From the NCBI GenBank assembly GCA_023920165.1, contig CP089277.1, positions 2,666,001 through 2,730,000 of the forward strand: a DNA stretch of 64,000 nt, in the 5' to 3' direction. The stretch is from Curvularia clavata. Taxonomy: Eukaryota. The position numbers were made by a program, and so were the translations under genes. Shown one piece after another: positions 11,599 to 23,805 of the stretch (its first letter is position 1; each line of letters opens with the position of its first letter). The notes below the pieces were generated by a model that had not been told where the DNA came from, made no database searches, and worked only from the letters and a program-made list of their open reading frames with translations.

Positions 11599-14500
11599 AC
11601 CGAGTCCCGCAAATGACTCTTGGGGGGAACTATTTGGAGCAAATTGGCCGCAAATGAGACGGCCTGGCCCCTTGGCCGGACAAATGGCCAGCTCGGCATG
11701 GCAGGCTGGCTGACTGACTGTACATGGGAAAAGCTTAGCTCATCGGCAAGTGAAGTTAAGCATATCTTTGTGTATGCAGGGCGGATGCAAGCGCGCAGCA
11801 GAGGGGCGCAGAGGATTGGGTGGGCTTGTGTGGCAGGGCATGGTGGCTGCGGTAGATGCAATTGGCGGCGACCAGGGCAGCGGAAACACTTGTGCGGGCG
11901 ACGAGAAACACGCTGATACGCTGCTTGATGGAATGGCCGCTCCGATGACAGTTATGGACGCCTTGGGCACCTGATGATGTGAGATTGTCATTTTTGCTTG
12001 TTCTGCTGCTGCTGGCAACATTAGCTGCATGCCGCCATTCCAGGCCAGAAACTAGCATTGCCGCAGACGCGACCAGGTGAGATGTTGTCTGCACACATGG
12101 GCAGACACAACATGGACACGTCCAGCTGCGCCGCCCAACAGCGTTGGATCCATCGCGACGAGGCGTAGGTAGGAATGAGGTCGAAAGAATCTGGACTTGG
12201 GACCCGCAATGGGCGAAGCCTCGTCGCTTAGCCATCATACCGGAAAAGGACGCTCACTGCCGGAATAGGAAGCGTTGCGCCGCCCACCATGGCAAAGATT
12301 TGCACTCTTCGCTTGTTCTGGAGCCCGCGAAGACTACGAGGCGCACGTTGGTGGTAAACTAGCGACTAGCGACTGTGCAACCACAACTGCTAGGTGACTG
12401 CAGCAACGGGAAGAGCCCAAAGACGGTTTGGCTTTGTTCGGCATCTCCTTCAGCCACCTGTTCGTATTCGCATGTTTCCGTCAAGCCAGATCCAGACCAT
12501 GTACTTCAGTCAGCCGTACCTTCATCGATAACTACCCAGCAGCCGGTTACCGCTCCATGCGGGGTGAATATACGACGGGAGAGGACGATCGTCTTCCATT
12601 TGGCGCCAGAGACTCGCCCGCTACCGTATCCGATGACCACGTGTATTGGGGGATCACCCTCGACCATGATCACGCCTGCATGTACATGAGATACATACTG
12701 CTAAGCGCATCGGACGAACCTGGCGGCTGGAACTTTCTTTTCGAGTCCACCACTGACACATCTGCCAGCGGACAAAGGCGGGGTAACAAAGCACTGCCTA
12801 GACGAAAAGCATCAGCCAAGCTTCCAGTCTCACTCGCATACAACGATGTCGTGAGAACTACCGTACGCAACCGACGTGCATCAGACACGCAATACTACAG
12901 GTAGGCAGCGACGCCATAGGAAAAGCCAAGTCGGCTTGACGACCACGTTGAGGCGCAGTGTCACTCCATAAGCATCATCGCCATCATCACCATCACCACT
13001 GCATCACAGATAGTCGGTGCAATCCAAGTGGCGTGCGTCGGGTGCACCCAGCCTTCGGTGCGTGCCAGACGCCCCGAGCCCAGTGGCTTGCTGAAATGTG
13101 GATTCGCAAGACATGGAAAAAGTGACGCGACGTGCCAAAGAAAGGGACCCAGAAGACGAGAGAGAAAAAGCAAAGCTGAGCAGAAAAGCTTATTTGCATA
13201 CCTGTGCCTGCAATAAGCAAATATCTCCGTCCAATCGGTAGGCAGCAGAGACACACACAGAGACATACCTACGTGCGAGCACTCGGTACATGCAACTCCA
13301 CTAAGCAAATGGCGGTGTTGCAGTAAGAGTAGCTGAGAAAGACAACCCGCTTCTTTACCTCATCTACATAGCTCAGCAGCACACATGTCTATCCTCATGT
13401 ACCTGATTCGCCCAACTTGCAGCAACGTGCAGCAATGTACAGCAACGCTCCCCCGAACCGAGCTAAAACTATCTGCATCTCAGTTGTGCAACTCTGATTC
13501 CACTTCTCTGGTATCTCACACCATCATCTTATTCCATACTTCCTCTGCACCCATCCCTCCCTCGCTTCCAACGGCTCACCCCAGACACCGGCTCCGCCCC
13601 TCTTCATTTCCCTAAAAAAGAAAACAGAATTGGAAACAAGCTTTCCCGTCATACTCTCATCGTTTCTTCTTTCTTAGAGATAAGTACATGTAAGACACAA
13701 AACAAAAAAAACCTCGTCCCTTCACCAGCGAAGCTAGCCATGCAATCACCTCTAGAGCAACCAATAAAACCAGAGAACCAAAGACGACATGGGTTTCACA
13801 TAAAACAAGAACTATCAATGTAGTACTTTAACCATACTATGTGCAAAAGTAGTCATTGGTTCCGAGGGGTGCTTATTGCATTCTTATCAAGGCACCACCA
13901 TTTCCTGTTTTTTCTTTTTCTTTCTATGTTTGTGACACGATGAACCTACTTTGCTAAAACATGCGATCACGGGCCCCCTTCTCCCTTTGCATGATAGAGA
14001 AGAAAAAAAAAGAAGAAGCAGTACATATCAGAAACCAAAAGACGGCATGCAATGCAGTGTGTGTGGTTGTGGCAGGGAAGAAGCGGAACACGAATCCTCG
14101 CGTGTTTCAGCAACGAACAGGCGTTTGGTACGTGCCTGAATTTCTTGGCTTAGACATGGCGAGCCAAGGATATGATCCGGTGAATAATCGGGGGTATGTA
14201 GTAGGGTATCCTGTGACGTTCTTTGAGAAACGGGATGTTCTGCAACGTTTTTTGACTTGGTTTCGGGATTTGTGGGGAATGGGAAGGGGAGGGTGAGGGG
14301 AGGTACTTGCTTACGAGATACACCAAGTAACTCTCTCCCTCTCTCCCTCCCTCCCTCCTCTCTTAGTAGGCAAGGCGAGGAAACGGTACAGTCCCTGACC
14401 AGACATCCAATTCCAAGCTGAGTTTACCTGCACCGCCGTTTTGCACAACGCCAGTGTACTCTATACTTGGCACTTCTCTCAGACCGAGTCTCCACATCAA

Positions 14501-14893
14501 CGTGAGATTCTAGACACAGCACTAGGCACTTGGAAAAAGGCTGAGTAGATAAAATCATGTTACATTGAAGCTGTGTAGATAAAATGATACTAATCTGGAA
14601 TCCGGGCCCTAGTACTAGCTTCCCGGGATCACTGTGAACGACCATTACATGATCTAACTTGATTCAGACATAAATCCATCTTCTGAAAATAGGAACGCAA
14701 GTAGGGTGAGATGGGGGAAATGCAAGTTTGGTAGTGGTGGGGGGGACTCAAACGTCATCTTTAGTGTACTTACGCTAACGCAGTGAGATTGCTGATGGCG
14801 GCTGAGAACAATGCTGGCTGTGCGGTTCTGGCGAAACGATGGTCGCTTGCGTGTACCAAGGTCTTGGTTGGACATGAATCAGTCTGTGCATTT

Positions 14894-16186
14894 CTACATA
14901 GGCAGATGCGCACCCGATGCGAGGATCTTCATAGACTCGAAGATGAATTCCGGCGTTCCAACTTCGCTGCTGATGAGACCGAGTTCGCCATTGTAGTGGG
15001 CACCATCGAGACCGTAAGTCAGTGGAGCAGGCTCGTCATAGAGAGCGTAACTGACGAGAGCACGGTGAGACGATAGCTCACGTTCTTCGCTCGTCTCCCG
15101 GTACTCTACTTCGGGGATAACGGAGATGCCCTCAGTTGTTGGTAGCGGATCCGAGTCCGTTTCGTTATTGTCGACCGGGTTCTCCTTATCGTCATCGTTA
15201 TACTCGAGCGGTGAAAACGCATGCGCCTCGGAGGCGAGCTGTTCTGAAAGATTCTCGATGAAGACGTTGAAAGGTTGACCTAGTTGGGCAGGGTATGCGT
15301 CTGCGTCTGCGTCGTCCTCAACGCATGTCTCCCAGGAGGATAGAGAGTCAACATCCATGCCGGCTTCGTACTGGATACCTTCTTGTGGGTGACCTGCAAC
15401 TGGTGATGTAGGGGAGCTTTCAATAGCTGCAGGAGCTGATAAGCTGTCAGTGTATAGTCTGTAAGGACCCGAACGTATTAGGTTCGGCAAACTCATACCA
15501 TCTGCATCAGTCTCTACGCTACACAAACCATGCTCATCGCTAGAATCCGAGTCGTCACTCGTGGAGTTCTCGACATAGTCCGCGTACTTTCGTTTAACAG
15601 ACTTGGATACTGCAGCTCCGCTATACAAGTTCGGCTTGTTGACGAGCTGCTCGTGTTTGGACGGCTTGGCCTTCTTCTTGGACTTGACCTCTTCTTCGTC
15701 ACTGGACAGGACCAAAAATGCGTCTTGAGGATGAACACTAGTGTTGTACGAGACTTTCGGCTCCGAGACATTGCGAGGAGAACGGCGAGTCGGTCCAACC
15801 ACTGGTCGTGACTGAGCGAGCCTACGCTTCTTGCCCCTCGCGGCTTGCTTTGGTTCCTCTTCAGCCTCATTCTGGTTATCCTCTGACTCCTCAGCATTGG
15901 TATGAACAGTACTACCCTCACTCGAGTCATCTGAGTCCAAACAAACTTGTTCCTCTCCACGAGCTTCACGACGCTTTGCAGCTTGTATCGGCCGGATGGT
16001 GTCATCCATAGGGTGATACTTGGCATCGTAGACCAGCCTGCTCTGCCTTCGGGTGCGGAGACTGTAGCAGGTGGTAGGGGCTGAGGAAGTCGGGGGTGTT
16101 GGGTGCGACCTCTCAACATCGATATCCTTTTGTTCGGATCCAGAAGCAGTGTTTGCAGGGCCGCGCTCAGTGGATGGAACGTGTGG
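14894..16186 (-). CDS. Acidic/basic disordered hypothetical protein; 5' end unresolved
   Basis: 432-codon open frame with NLS-like RGKKRR and KSKKKAK. Two related motifs, YDAKYHPMD and YNTSVHPQD. Probable in-frame 63-nt intron at 15436-15498 (GTATGA...ACTGAC...CAG). Confidence 0.6.
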   Translation of the reverse strand, partial: PHVPSTERGPANTASGSEQKDIDVERSHPTPPTSSAPTTCYSLRTRRQSRLVYDAKYHPMDDTIRPIQAAKRREARGEEQVCLDSDDSSEGSTVHTNAEESEDNQNEAEEEPKQAARGKKRRLAQSRPVVGPTRRSPRNVSEPKVSYNTSVHPQDAFLVLSSDEEEVKSKKKAKPSKHEQLVNKPNLYSGAAVSKSVKRKYADYVENSTSDDSDSSDEHGLCSVETDADGMSLPNLIRSGPYRLYTDSLSAPAAIESSPTSPVAGHPQEGIQYEAGMDVDSLSSWETCVEDDADADAYPAQLGQPFNVFIENLSEQLASEAHAFSPLEYNDDDKENPVDNNETDSDPLPTTEGISVIPEVEYRETSEERELSSHRALVSYALYDEPAPLTYGLDGAHYNGELGLISSEVGTPEFIFESMKILASGAHLPM

Positions 16187-17069
16187 CTGCAACGATCAGT
16201 GATCCAATTTATGTCGTTGATCGAGATGAGAAAAGAGACGAGAACAGACAAGAAAAAGAAATCAGAAATACCTATCGCTTTATCTAGGGTTGCCGCGGTT
16301 TCGCCGCTTCGACATTCAGGACGAGCCATATCAGAGGCTTGACCTTGACCGCCAGTCGCCTCCGAAAAGTCGGACGACTCGGCCATCGCATACGACGCAA
16401 TATGCGTCTCGTCGAAGCAGAGGTGATGTCACAGTAGAATGCAGCGCAACCGCGTAGAACGAGGAGCACAAGATATAAAAGTAAAGCCACCGAAGGAAGG
16501 AGCGACCAGAGAAGTACCCACGTGCGCCGCCTTGCTCCTTCCCCCAGCCGGTGACCCATACCTTCCTGCTTTACCTTGCAAACGAGAAAAAAATGGGGCA
16601 AGTTCAGGTGAAAGCGAAACAGGCAGACGTGACGAACGACTGCAACGACTGCCTTGATTAAAAGTGACTATAGATGGACAACAATCCCATTGACCAACGG
16701 ATACCAAACATGCATGTTGTAGTAAACAGGACAAGAACTTGCCATGACAAGAATATGGGTTTCTTAAGGAGCTTTCGTATAAACCGATTCCCAAAAAGCT
16801 TTCGAATATACCAATGCATACAGCAATGACGCTTGCTACGTACAAACGCGAAAGAAGTATCAGATATTTGATCAGCAGCGAGCGCGTAATCGGAACGCCG
16901 TGGGTATATAGACGATCCCTATTTTCCTTCACAACAGGATGCAATACACGTTTTGCCTGTTTGTTCCCCAAGTACCCTGAACGCCAGATAGGAAAGACCA
17001 TGAATGAGATGAGACTCGCTTGAACGCACTGCAAATAACGAATGTGACTAGGAAAGTGACGTCGAACCT

Positions 17070-18110
17070 TTATCGGTTCAGCCGGGATGTCAGCCGGATG
17101 GGAGGTAGGACAAAGTCGTCATCAGATTCATCATTGTCGTCAACCTCGATGTCGACAATCTTCAGTGGTCCCGAAGCGGCGCCATCATGTGGGTTGGTCT
17201 TGTTCTGCGGATCGGACAGCGGTAGAGAGGGTTGTTGGGCCTCTTTGGGGCAAGGCATCTCAGGTTCTAGTGAAGACACGGATGTGTCCGAAGTTTCATG
17301 AGCCTGTAGCTCTGGCGGCTCCTGCAGCTTGCGCGCGTTGCATTTGTCAACTTCGGTCTTGGCCGTCTCCATCAAGGCCTCGAAGCTTTTCCGTACGGTG
17401 GCTAGCTCTTTCCTGCAGTCACCATCACGCAGGGTGAGGTGCGCTGCCTTTTCGCATAGTTCTTGTGCTTGTTCTAGGATCTTGTCCGTCGAGTCGAATA
17501 GCTCGGCTGGTGTGTCAACGCCGTTGCTGACGCCCAGTCGGCCACTTCGTCTCGCTGCGGATCGTGCACGCAGTGCCGACATGCGTGCGCGGTAGTTTAC
17601 TTTGGATATGCTGATTTCATGATCGTCGTCATCGTCGTCTTCTTCGTCGTCGTCGCTCGAGGGCGCCATTGTAGCCATGTCGTTCATCTTGGCCTCCATC
17701 TTGGCCTTGCGTAGTAGGTTGCGCCCTGTTCCGAAGGCGCGAACAAGCAGTTCAAAGGACTTTTGCATATCTCCGTCGTAGTTGGTGACTACCATGGTTC
17801 GAGGGCGATGGCGTGAGGACTCGGGCTCGTGACCCGATGAGACGGAGAGAGACTTTCGCTTGCGGCTTCCGGTGGGCTCGGTAGGAGGTGCATTGGAGGG
17901 CGTGGCGTCTTCTGCGATGGCATCGAGTTTGGTTGGACGTATCGAAGCGGCCGAATCCGTGTCCTTGTTCCCGAATGGCGACTGCGATATGTGCACTCTG
18001 GTAATTTCATTTTGCATGGCCGTGACTCTGTCCTCGGCCGTGGTGAGCTGGTGCAGCCATTGTGGGATGTTGTCGTGCAGAAAGGTGAAGGACTTGTCGA
18101 TATCAGACAT
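17070..18110 (-). CDS. Conserved fungal hypothetical protein (346 aa)
   Basis: Single ORF with CAACCACCATG start context. Helical blocks VVTNYDGDMQKSFELLVRAFGTGRNLLRKAKM and LEQAQELCEKAAHLTLRDGDC, plus acidic tracts. Confidence 0.8.
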   Translation of the reverse strand: MSDIDKSFTFLHDNIPQWLHQLTTAEDRVTAMQNEITRVHISQSPFGNKDTDSAASIRPTKLDAIAEDATPSNAPPTEPTGSRKRKSLSVSSGHEPESSRHRPRTMVVTNYDGDMQKSFELLVRAFGTGRNLLRKAKMEAKMNDMATMAPSSDDDEEDDDDDDHEISISKVNYRARMSALRARSAARRSGRLGVSNGVDTPAELFDSTDKILEQAQELCEKAAHLTLRDGDCRKELATVRKSFEALMETAKTEVDKCNARKLQEPPELQAHETSDTSVSSLEPEMPCPKEAQQPSLPLSDPQNKTNPHDGAASGPLKIVDIEVDDNDESDDDFVLPPIRLTSRLNR

Positions 18111-19772
18111 GGTGGTTGGATGGGCGGCAGTAGGGAAGCGGAGATGCGGCAGCTAAGCGGAGCAGTTCGCGTGGTAGGTAGCGGCGGGCTGTCGCATGCG
18201 GCTGCGCCAGCGACGGCAGAAGAGTGGGTGCAGACGCCGAGTCGCAATCGAACGAAGACGTCGTGTGGCAGAGGGCGGACGACTTTGAGAGAGGGCGTGA
18301 GGGTGCGGTGGGCAGCGGGCGCGGGACAATTAGTGCCAACGACGATGCGGGCGGGCCAAAGGATCGGCCGTTAGTTATGGGGAAGGGACGGGCTGAGGGA
18401 CAGGGGAGTAGTTCTGATCGCGGGTGGGATCAACGGGGCCAGCGCGGTCTCGTCTCTGGCTGGCGACAGACAAGTTGCACTGCATGAAGGAGAGAGGGAG
18501 AGGGGGGAGGGGCCGGCAGGATTACTATACATGTCGCTGGCACTGACTGGCCTGAATGAATGGGCGTTCCCACGGGAGCGGTTCAGAAACGAGCGCACCC
18601 TTGGCGATGATCGAACAGGCCGCTCGGCCTTGATGCAGACATGCGGCGACATTATTACATGAATCCATTGACAGCACGCACATGGACACGGGCGACGCGG
18701 CGTGGTACGCCATGTACTGTGTATGTACACGAGTTCCTGGAGACAGTAAGCACTTGACGAGGAACAAGCCGAAGCCTCATCTGCCGCAACGTTTGGCCAG
18801 AGCCAACGGGCCGACAAGGAACCAGGCAATGCTGGCCAGTGGACAGGACAAAGCAGCCTCCCACTCCCTCGACCTTTTCCCCTCCCCCCGTTTTCCCCAT
18901 TGCGCTTGGCAACAGCGCGCATGTGGCCGCGTTCCGGCGGCTAATGTTCCCAATCAGCGAATCCACCGCGTCTTGCTACCCGTGCCGCAGCGCCTCTCCC
19001 GAAACAAAACAACGCATGGCGTGGCCATGTATGCACTGTCATGACATGCCACAGTCGGTGGGCGCGAGCGGAAAACGGTCGCCTGCATAGGTTTGAGGCG
19101 CGGTCGTCGTCGTGTGCTCTTTGTTGTCGACCTTTTCGCCCTGTGGACCGTCGGCTAGGGGAAGTTTAATCACGATGTGCCATGCACAGTCCAGGGAGAC
19201 CAGCGTCACGTGAACGGCCGCACCCGGGCCGGATGAATGAATGGCTGCTTCATTCGCACGCCAAACGCTATTTGTGGCCTCTTCTCCCTGTCGCATTGCT
19301 CGCCTAGCTGTCCCACCCAAGCCGCCCACCGCGCAGCCTCCCAACCGTTGCCCCAAACGTTGCCGCCGCAGCCCAGCCATTGTCTGTGCATTCCCTTCGT
19401 CACCATTGTCCCGAAATCACTGATGCACATGTGCAAACCGCTCGATTCCGACCAGCTCAACAGACTCTACCATCTCGAGCGACAGGGTCAGGCGAGTAGA
19501 CAGGGGCCTATTCTCACCTCGCCGACCTGAGCCACTGCCTTGGGAACTGATGCACTGGAGCCATGCATGCCAACGCTGCCTCGCAAGGGTATCTGTCACT
19601 CACACACCATCTCCTCTCGCTACAACGCACCTCACACAAATTACGCCTACGGAGCTCCCGAACAGACCCATTTTCTTCTATTTGCGGCATTAGGGTTTGC
19701 AATCCTATATTCTCGTGACACCTGTCTGTCGTGACAAGAACAATTACCCATCGACAGGCTCGCTACCACGCT

Positions 19773-20677
19773 CTAGGGCCACAGCTCTTCAGTTCTCCAT
19801 CCCGCGTTCGCCCGGTTGCTCTCGTCAAACGTGTATCTATACCTCCGCGCCTTTTGAGGGTCGCTCAGGTCAGTCTGCTCCACAGAATCAGGAACAATGA
19901 CGACGACACGAAAGTTCTTGCGTGCGACACTGTCGTCCAAACCGTCCACCTTGGAGCCCAGTGCAAGGTTCTTGTCGTCGTACGGCTTGGATGTAGGTTG
20001 TCCAGGCGGTGGGTTCTTGAAAGAGCCTGTAGTCGTGTCAGAAGACGGAACAATGGCTACATCATCATCACCGTTTGAAGCGCCTTACCCTTGATACCAG
20101 GGCTTTGATTGCCAAAGAAGCCTCTGATCTCTCTCTGCCAGCTGAACTCCCCCTGCTTGCCCTCGTCCACGATCCTCATCCTCTTTCCCAATTCGCTCTT
20201 GACCGTTCGGACACCGCTGCTCTCTTCGCTGCCCTCGATATCATCTGCAATGACAAATGCCCTGCCCTTGATCCGCCATTGCGTCCCAGTGTCAGCATTC
20301 CAATACACTGCTTCGACCGGGCCTCCTCCCCCACTTCCCTGCACCTGCTCACTGCTCTCCGCATGCCCCGCGCTCGTCGCAAAAATCTGTCCCACCTTTT
20401 CCATGCGCACGTCCGTCGTGAACGTCGGGCAATCACTCTCGTAGACATGCGGGTTCCGCTCAGCGTCATTGTGCTTATTCTCCGGCAGCTCAGCCCAGAA
20501 GCCTCGGTGAATGCAGTATCGTACACGCGGCACATACGGCGTCGGCGAGCCCGAGGGCGCCTTGTCGAGCGTCCCCAGCACAAACTCGGGCGACTTCATC
20601 TTCGAAATATGTTCGCTGAAGAGCGCTTTCCATGGTGCCGGCGGCAGTGCAGATGCAGAGGGCGCCGTAGTTGACAT
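19773..20677 (-). CDS. Pyridoxamine 5'-phosphate oxidase-like FMN-binding protein (Alr4036-type)
   Basis: ATG at 20677; intron at 20027-20088. Motifs APWK..F, PRVRYCIHRGF, FTTDVRMEK, QWRIKG, ARKNFRVVV and C-terminal W..EELWP. Confidence 0.85.
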
Positions 20678-21735
20678 GGTGCGTAGGACACGCGAGAGGC
20701 GGTGTGATGCTGTGCGTGAAGCTATGTTTGCTGAATTGGCGGGGTGAGAAGGAGTTACAAAGGTGAGTTGAGCAGTTCTGAAGAGATATAGCACTCGCGA
20801 TCTCAAAGTCGTGACCAAATTGATAATGATTCCTAAAGTGATGTCGTCATCATCGACATCTGGGTACCTGCGCAATCGTGCAGATGTAATGAGGTCAGCC
20901 GCAGCGCGTGTCTAAGCTCAATGGACGCCATTTCTTTTGCGGACTGGGCGATCCTTGCTTAGATGAAATCGAAAACTTGAGAAGAATCAATTCCCCATGT
21001 TGCTCGTATGAGATTGTTAGAATGGTAATGGGACATTGATGCTAGCGTGCACGTGACTAGGCGCTGCTGGAGTTCAGCTTCATCATGGCGTATGTGATGG
21101 CTCCTCAGCCTTGCAGTCACCGCCTGGATCTCTGTAAGCCCCGGCGCTTGCATCCTTAAAGCACCCCAATGGCAACAGTGCTCTTGCGGTAATGGATTTC
21201 TCGCTACATTAATTTGTCTCAGAGGCTATCGCGTGGTCTTTCAACGATCAATCAGCTCGACGAGAAGAACGCCAGGCTAAACCTTCCTCCAATTAGAGCT
21301 CACCGGTCTCCAACGCCTCCACCAGCCTTCGACTGCGCCCTCTCCAATCTGCATTCAGGACGCATTGTTGCCTGTGTGCCAATGAAGCGTGGCATGTATC
21401 GATTCGCTGCAGGCACATCATGTCCAAGCATCAATACCCTGTCTTAAGCCCATTGCTTCAACTTGTTTGAGCGATAATATCACTCTTCAACTCTACTCCA
21501 ACTACACATAGCACCGACCGAGTTCTTTATACTGAATCTCAGCTCAGTTCTGGGCATCCTAGACGCGAACACGATGGAGACATGGGCCCCAACCCGGTCT
21601 TCATCGGGTCAAAATTTGCATGAGTAGATGCTCCAGTTCATTCTTCTAATAACACCTATTCGCTACAAACCCCCCTAGTTCCGTATCCACAAGTACACAA
21701 GCGATATGCATACAAATCACATATAAAGTAATGCA

Positions 21736-23805
21736 ATGCAACTGACCATCTTTGCAAGAGCGAGATTTCAATACTCGGACTGTCTCGATGACAGAAAAAT
21801 ACGGCTACTCGAACTTCACTTCGGCCACAGTGACGAGATCGTCTGCCTCAATGTTCAAACGTACTCTATCAAAGATTACCCGCCGTACATTGCACTCTCT
21901 TACACATGGGGCGACCCAAATGACACTGTGAATATATCTTGTAATGGAAAGATCCTCGCTGTGACACGAAATCTCCAAGAAGCCCTGTGGCAATTTCGGG
22001 AAGATCTAGCTAGGTTGGAGTCTTCTGAAACGTCTCGTGGCCAGTCTCTGCACTTCTGGATTGATGCCATCTGCATTAACCAAAAGTGTAATAAAGAGAA
22101 AAATTTCCAGGTTGGCATGATGGCCAATATATATCAGCAGGCCCGTCATGTCTTTACTTGGCTAGGACCCGCAGATAAGAGCAGTGACGTAGCAATCCCC
22201 TGCATCGATACCATTGGAAAGATGGCGGAAGATTGTGGATTCGAACATGGCGCGAACGCATGCCATCAAGTGTGGCATGAAATGGCTTTTGTACCTGGAA
22301 GCATCGAAAAATATCTTACCGTCGACCCAATCTATGAAGATATAGATGGATCCCTGAATAAATTATCTGGAAAAGCTTTAAAAGATCTGTTCGATGCCGT
22401 CAGCGGCTGCAACGGACAGAACAGCTTGCTACCAATCACTGAGTTGAAGGACTTCTTTACCAGGCCGTGGTGGACTCGGATATGGGTCTTGCAGGAAACT
22501 ACTCTTTCAAAAGACACTCATTTTATCTGCGGTACGCAAAGACTTCAAAGAAGTCGCTGCAGCGCATTCATCAATATGTACCATGCGCTACGAGCAATCG
22601 TAGTTACTGCGACTCATAGAGATCAGGAATCTACGAACGAGTATCAGTACAATATTCTACAACAGCCTTTCCATCGCCGCTCTCTCGTCCTGCTTTCCTT
22701 GCCCAGGATATATCTTCGAAAAAGATTCCCCCTTGTGGCCCTCCTTGTCGCGACATGCTTTGGCATGAGGGACGCGAATTGGCATGGACATCAAAACTTC
22801 GAATCAACTAGGCCAGATGATAAGGTGTTCGCCCTACTAGGTCTGGCTGCGGATCGAGAGGAGCTTAAAGAATGCGGCGTCGTCCCGAATTATGATATTC
22901 CGTATCAACAAACATATGCTACTACAATGGCAGCACTACTTCAACAGGGTCATATATCACTACTTTCAATGTGTCAGGCCCCAAAATTGCCAGATTTCCC
23001 ATCTTGGGTTCCAGATTGGTCCCAGCCGATGACTGATACATTTCAGGAACCACAGGGCGACTATTCAGCAGTAAGCCCCGGGTTCCAATGCTCAGGACAT
23101 CGAAAATGTACGACTTCTACAATTAAATTGTTCAATGACCATGGGATCGTAAGGCGCATATCAATTCAGTCTTACCTTTACGATGAGATTTATCAGGTTG
23201 GCTGTTTCACCAACCGGGGTGATGAGGAGGAGTCATCGGATTTGCAGACGACTTCATGGCCAGTAGATTGGCTGCTCGAGATCCTGCGTCTAACTTATCG
23301 CACAAGAAAGGACTATGAAGTATTTTCCGACCGATTGCGCGCCAGCGCACGGACCTGTATTGGGGACATTGGATGGGGCATAAATGGAGATATAGAACGA
23401 GTGGGAGATACTCGGTATTCTGATGCTGTTTTGCTTTTACTCCAAGGAATTCAGCATATTAAAAGAGGGCGTTTCAGACTCGAAGCACAATGCTTCTTGA
23501 CCACTCAAACAGTAATCGCTGCACTTATGGGAAGGAGAAAGGATGAGATTCAATTGGTAAAGGATATCATGAGAAGGAGCAGACGCCGGCTTCCTTTCGT
23601 CACTAGAAAGGGATATATCGGCCTGGGTTCTCAATACATAATGCCAGGTGACGCGATCGCAATAATTGAAGGGGGTCAGGTTCCTTTTGTATTTAGACGG
23701 CAGGATAAGGGGCGGTTTAGCTTGATTAGCGAGGCATACGTGCATGGTATTATGGACGGCGAGGTTGCAGACACCGGAGACTATAATCATGTCACTTTGG
23801 TATAA
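21736..23805 (+). CDS. HET-domain protein, HET-6-like (heterokaryon incompatibility / non-self response)
   Basis: Motifs IRLL, YIALSYTWG, WIDAICINQ, QV.MM..IY..A..V..WLG, WWTRIWVLQE, DKVFALLGL, PSWVPDW and C-terminal EAYVHGIMDGE. The true start may involve an upstream exon (ACTGAC...AAG near 21741-21758). Confidence 0.9.
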   Translation: MQLTIFARARFQYSDCLDDRKIRLLELHFGHSDEIVCLNVQTYSIKDYPPYIALSYTWGDPNDTVNISCNGKILAVTRNLQEALWQFREDLARLESSETSRGQSLHFWIDAICINQKCNKEKNFQVGMMANIYQQARHVFTWLGPADKSSDVAIPCIDTIGKMAEDCGFEHGANACHQVWHEMAFVPGSIEKYLTVDPIYEDIDGSLNKLSGKALKDLFDAVSGCNGQNSLLPITELKDFFTRPWWTRIWVLQETTLSKDTHFICGTQRLQRSRCSAFINMYHALRAIVVTATHRDQESTNEYQYNILQQPFHRRSLVLLSLPRIYLRKRFPLVALLVATCFGMRDANWHGHQNFESTRPDDKVFALLGLAADREELKECGVVPNYDIPYQQTYATTMAALLQQGHISLLSMCQAPKLPDFPSWVPDWSQPMTDTFQEPQGDYSAVSPGFQCSGHRKCTTSTIKLFNDHGIVRRISIQSYLYDEIYQVGCFTNRGDEEESSDLQTTSWPVDWLLEILRLTYRTRKDYEVFSDRLRASARTCIGDIGWGINGDIERVGDTRYSDAVLLLLQGIQHIKRGRFRLEAQCFLTTQTVIAALMGRRKDEIQLVKDIMRRSRRRLPFVTRKGYIGLGSQYIMPGDAIAIIEGGQVPFVFRRQDKGRFSLISEAYVHGIMDGEVADTGDYNHVTLV

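Noticed and set aside
12375..12904. ORFs of 104-158 aa in the large intergenic gap, and a GTACTTCA|GT resembling the U3 5' end
   Set aside because: Near-cognate starts and no protein motifs; the U3 box A continuation (GGATCATTTCT) is absent.
19690..19697. AACCCTAA on the minus strand as a possible telomerase RNA template
   Set aside because: An 8-mer is expected by chance in 64 kb, it lies in the 3' flank of the PNPOx-like gene, and no supporting structure was seen.
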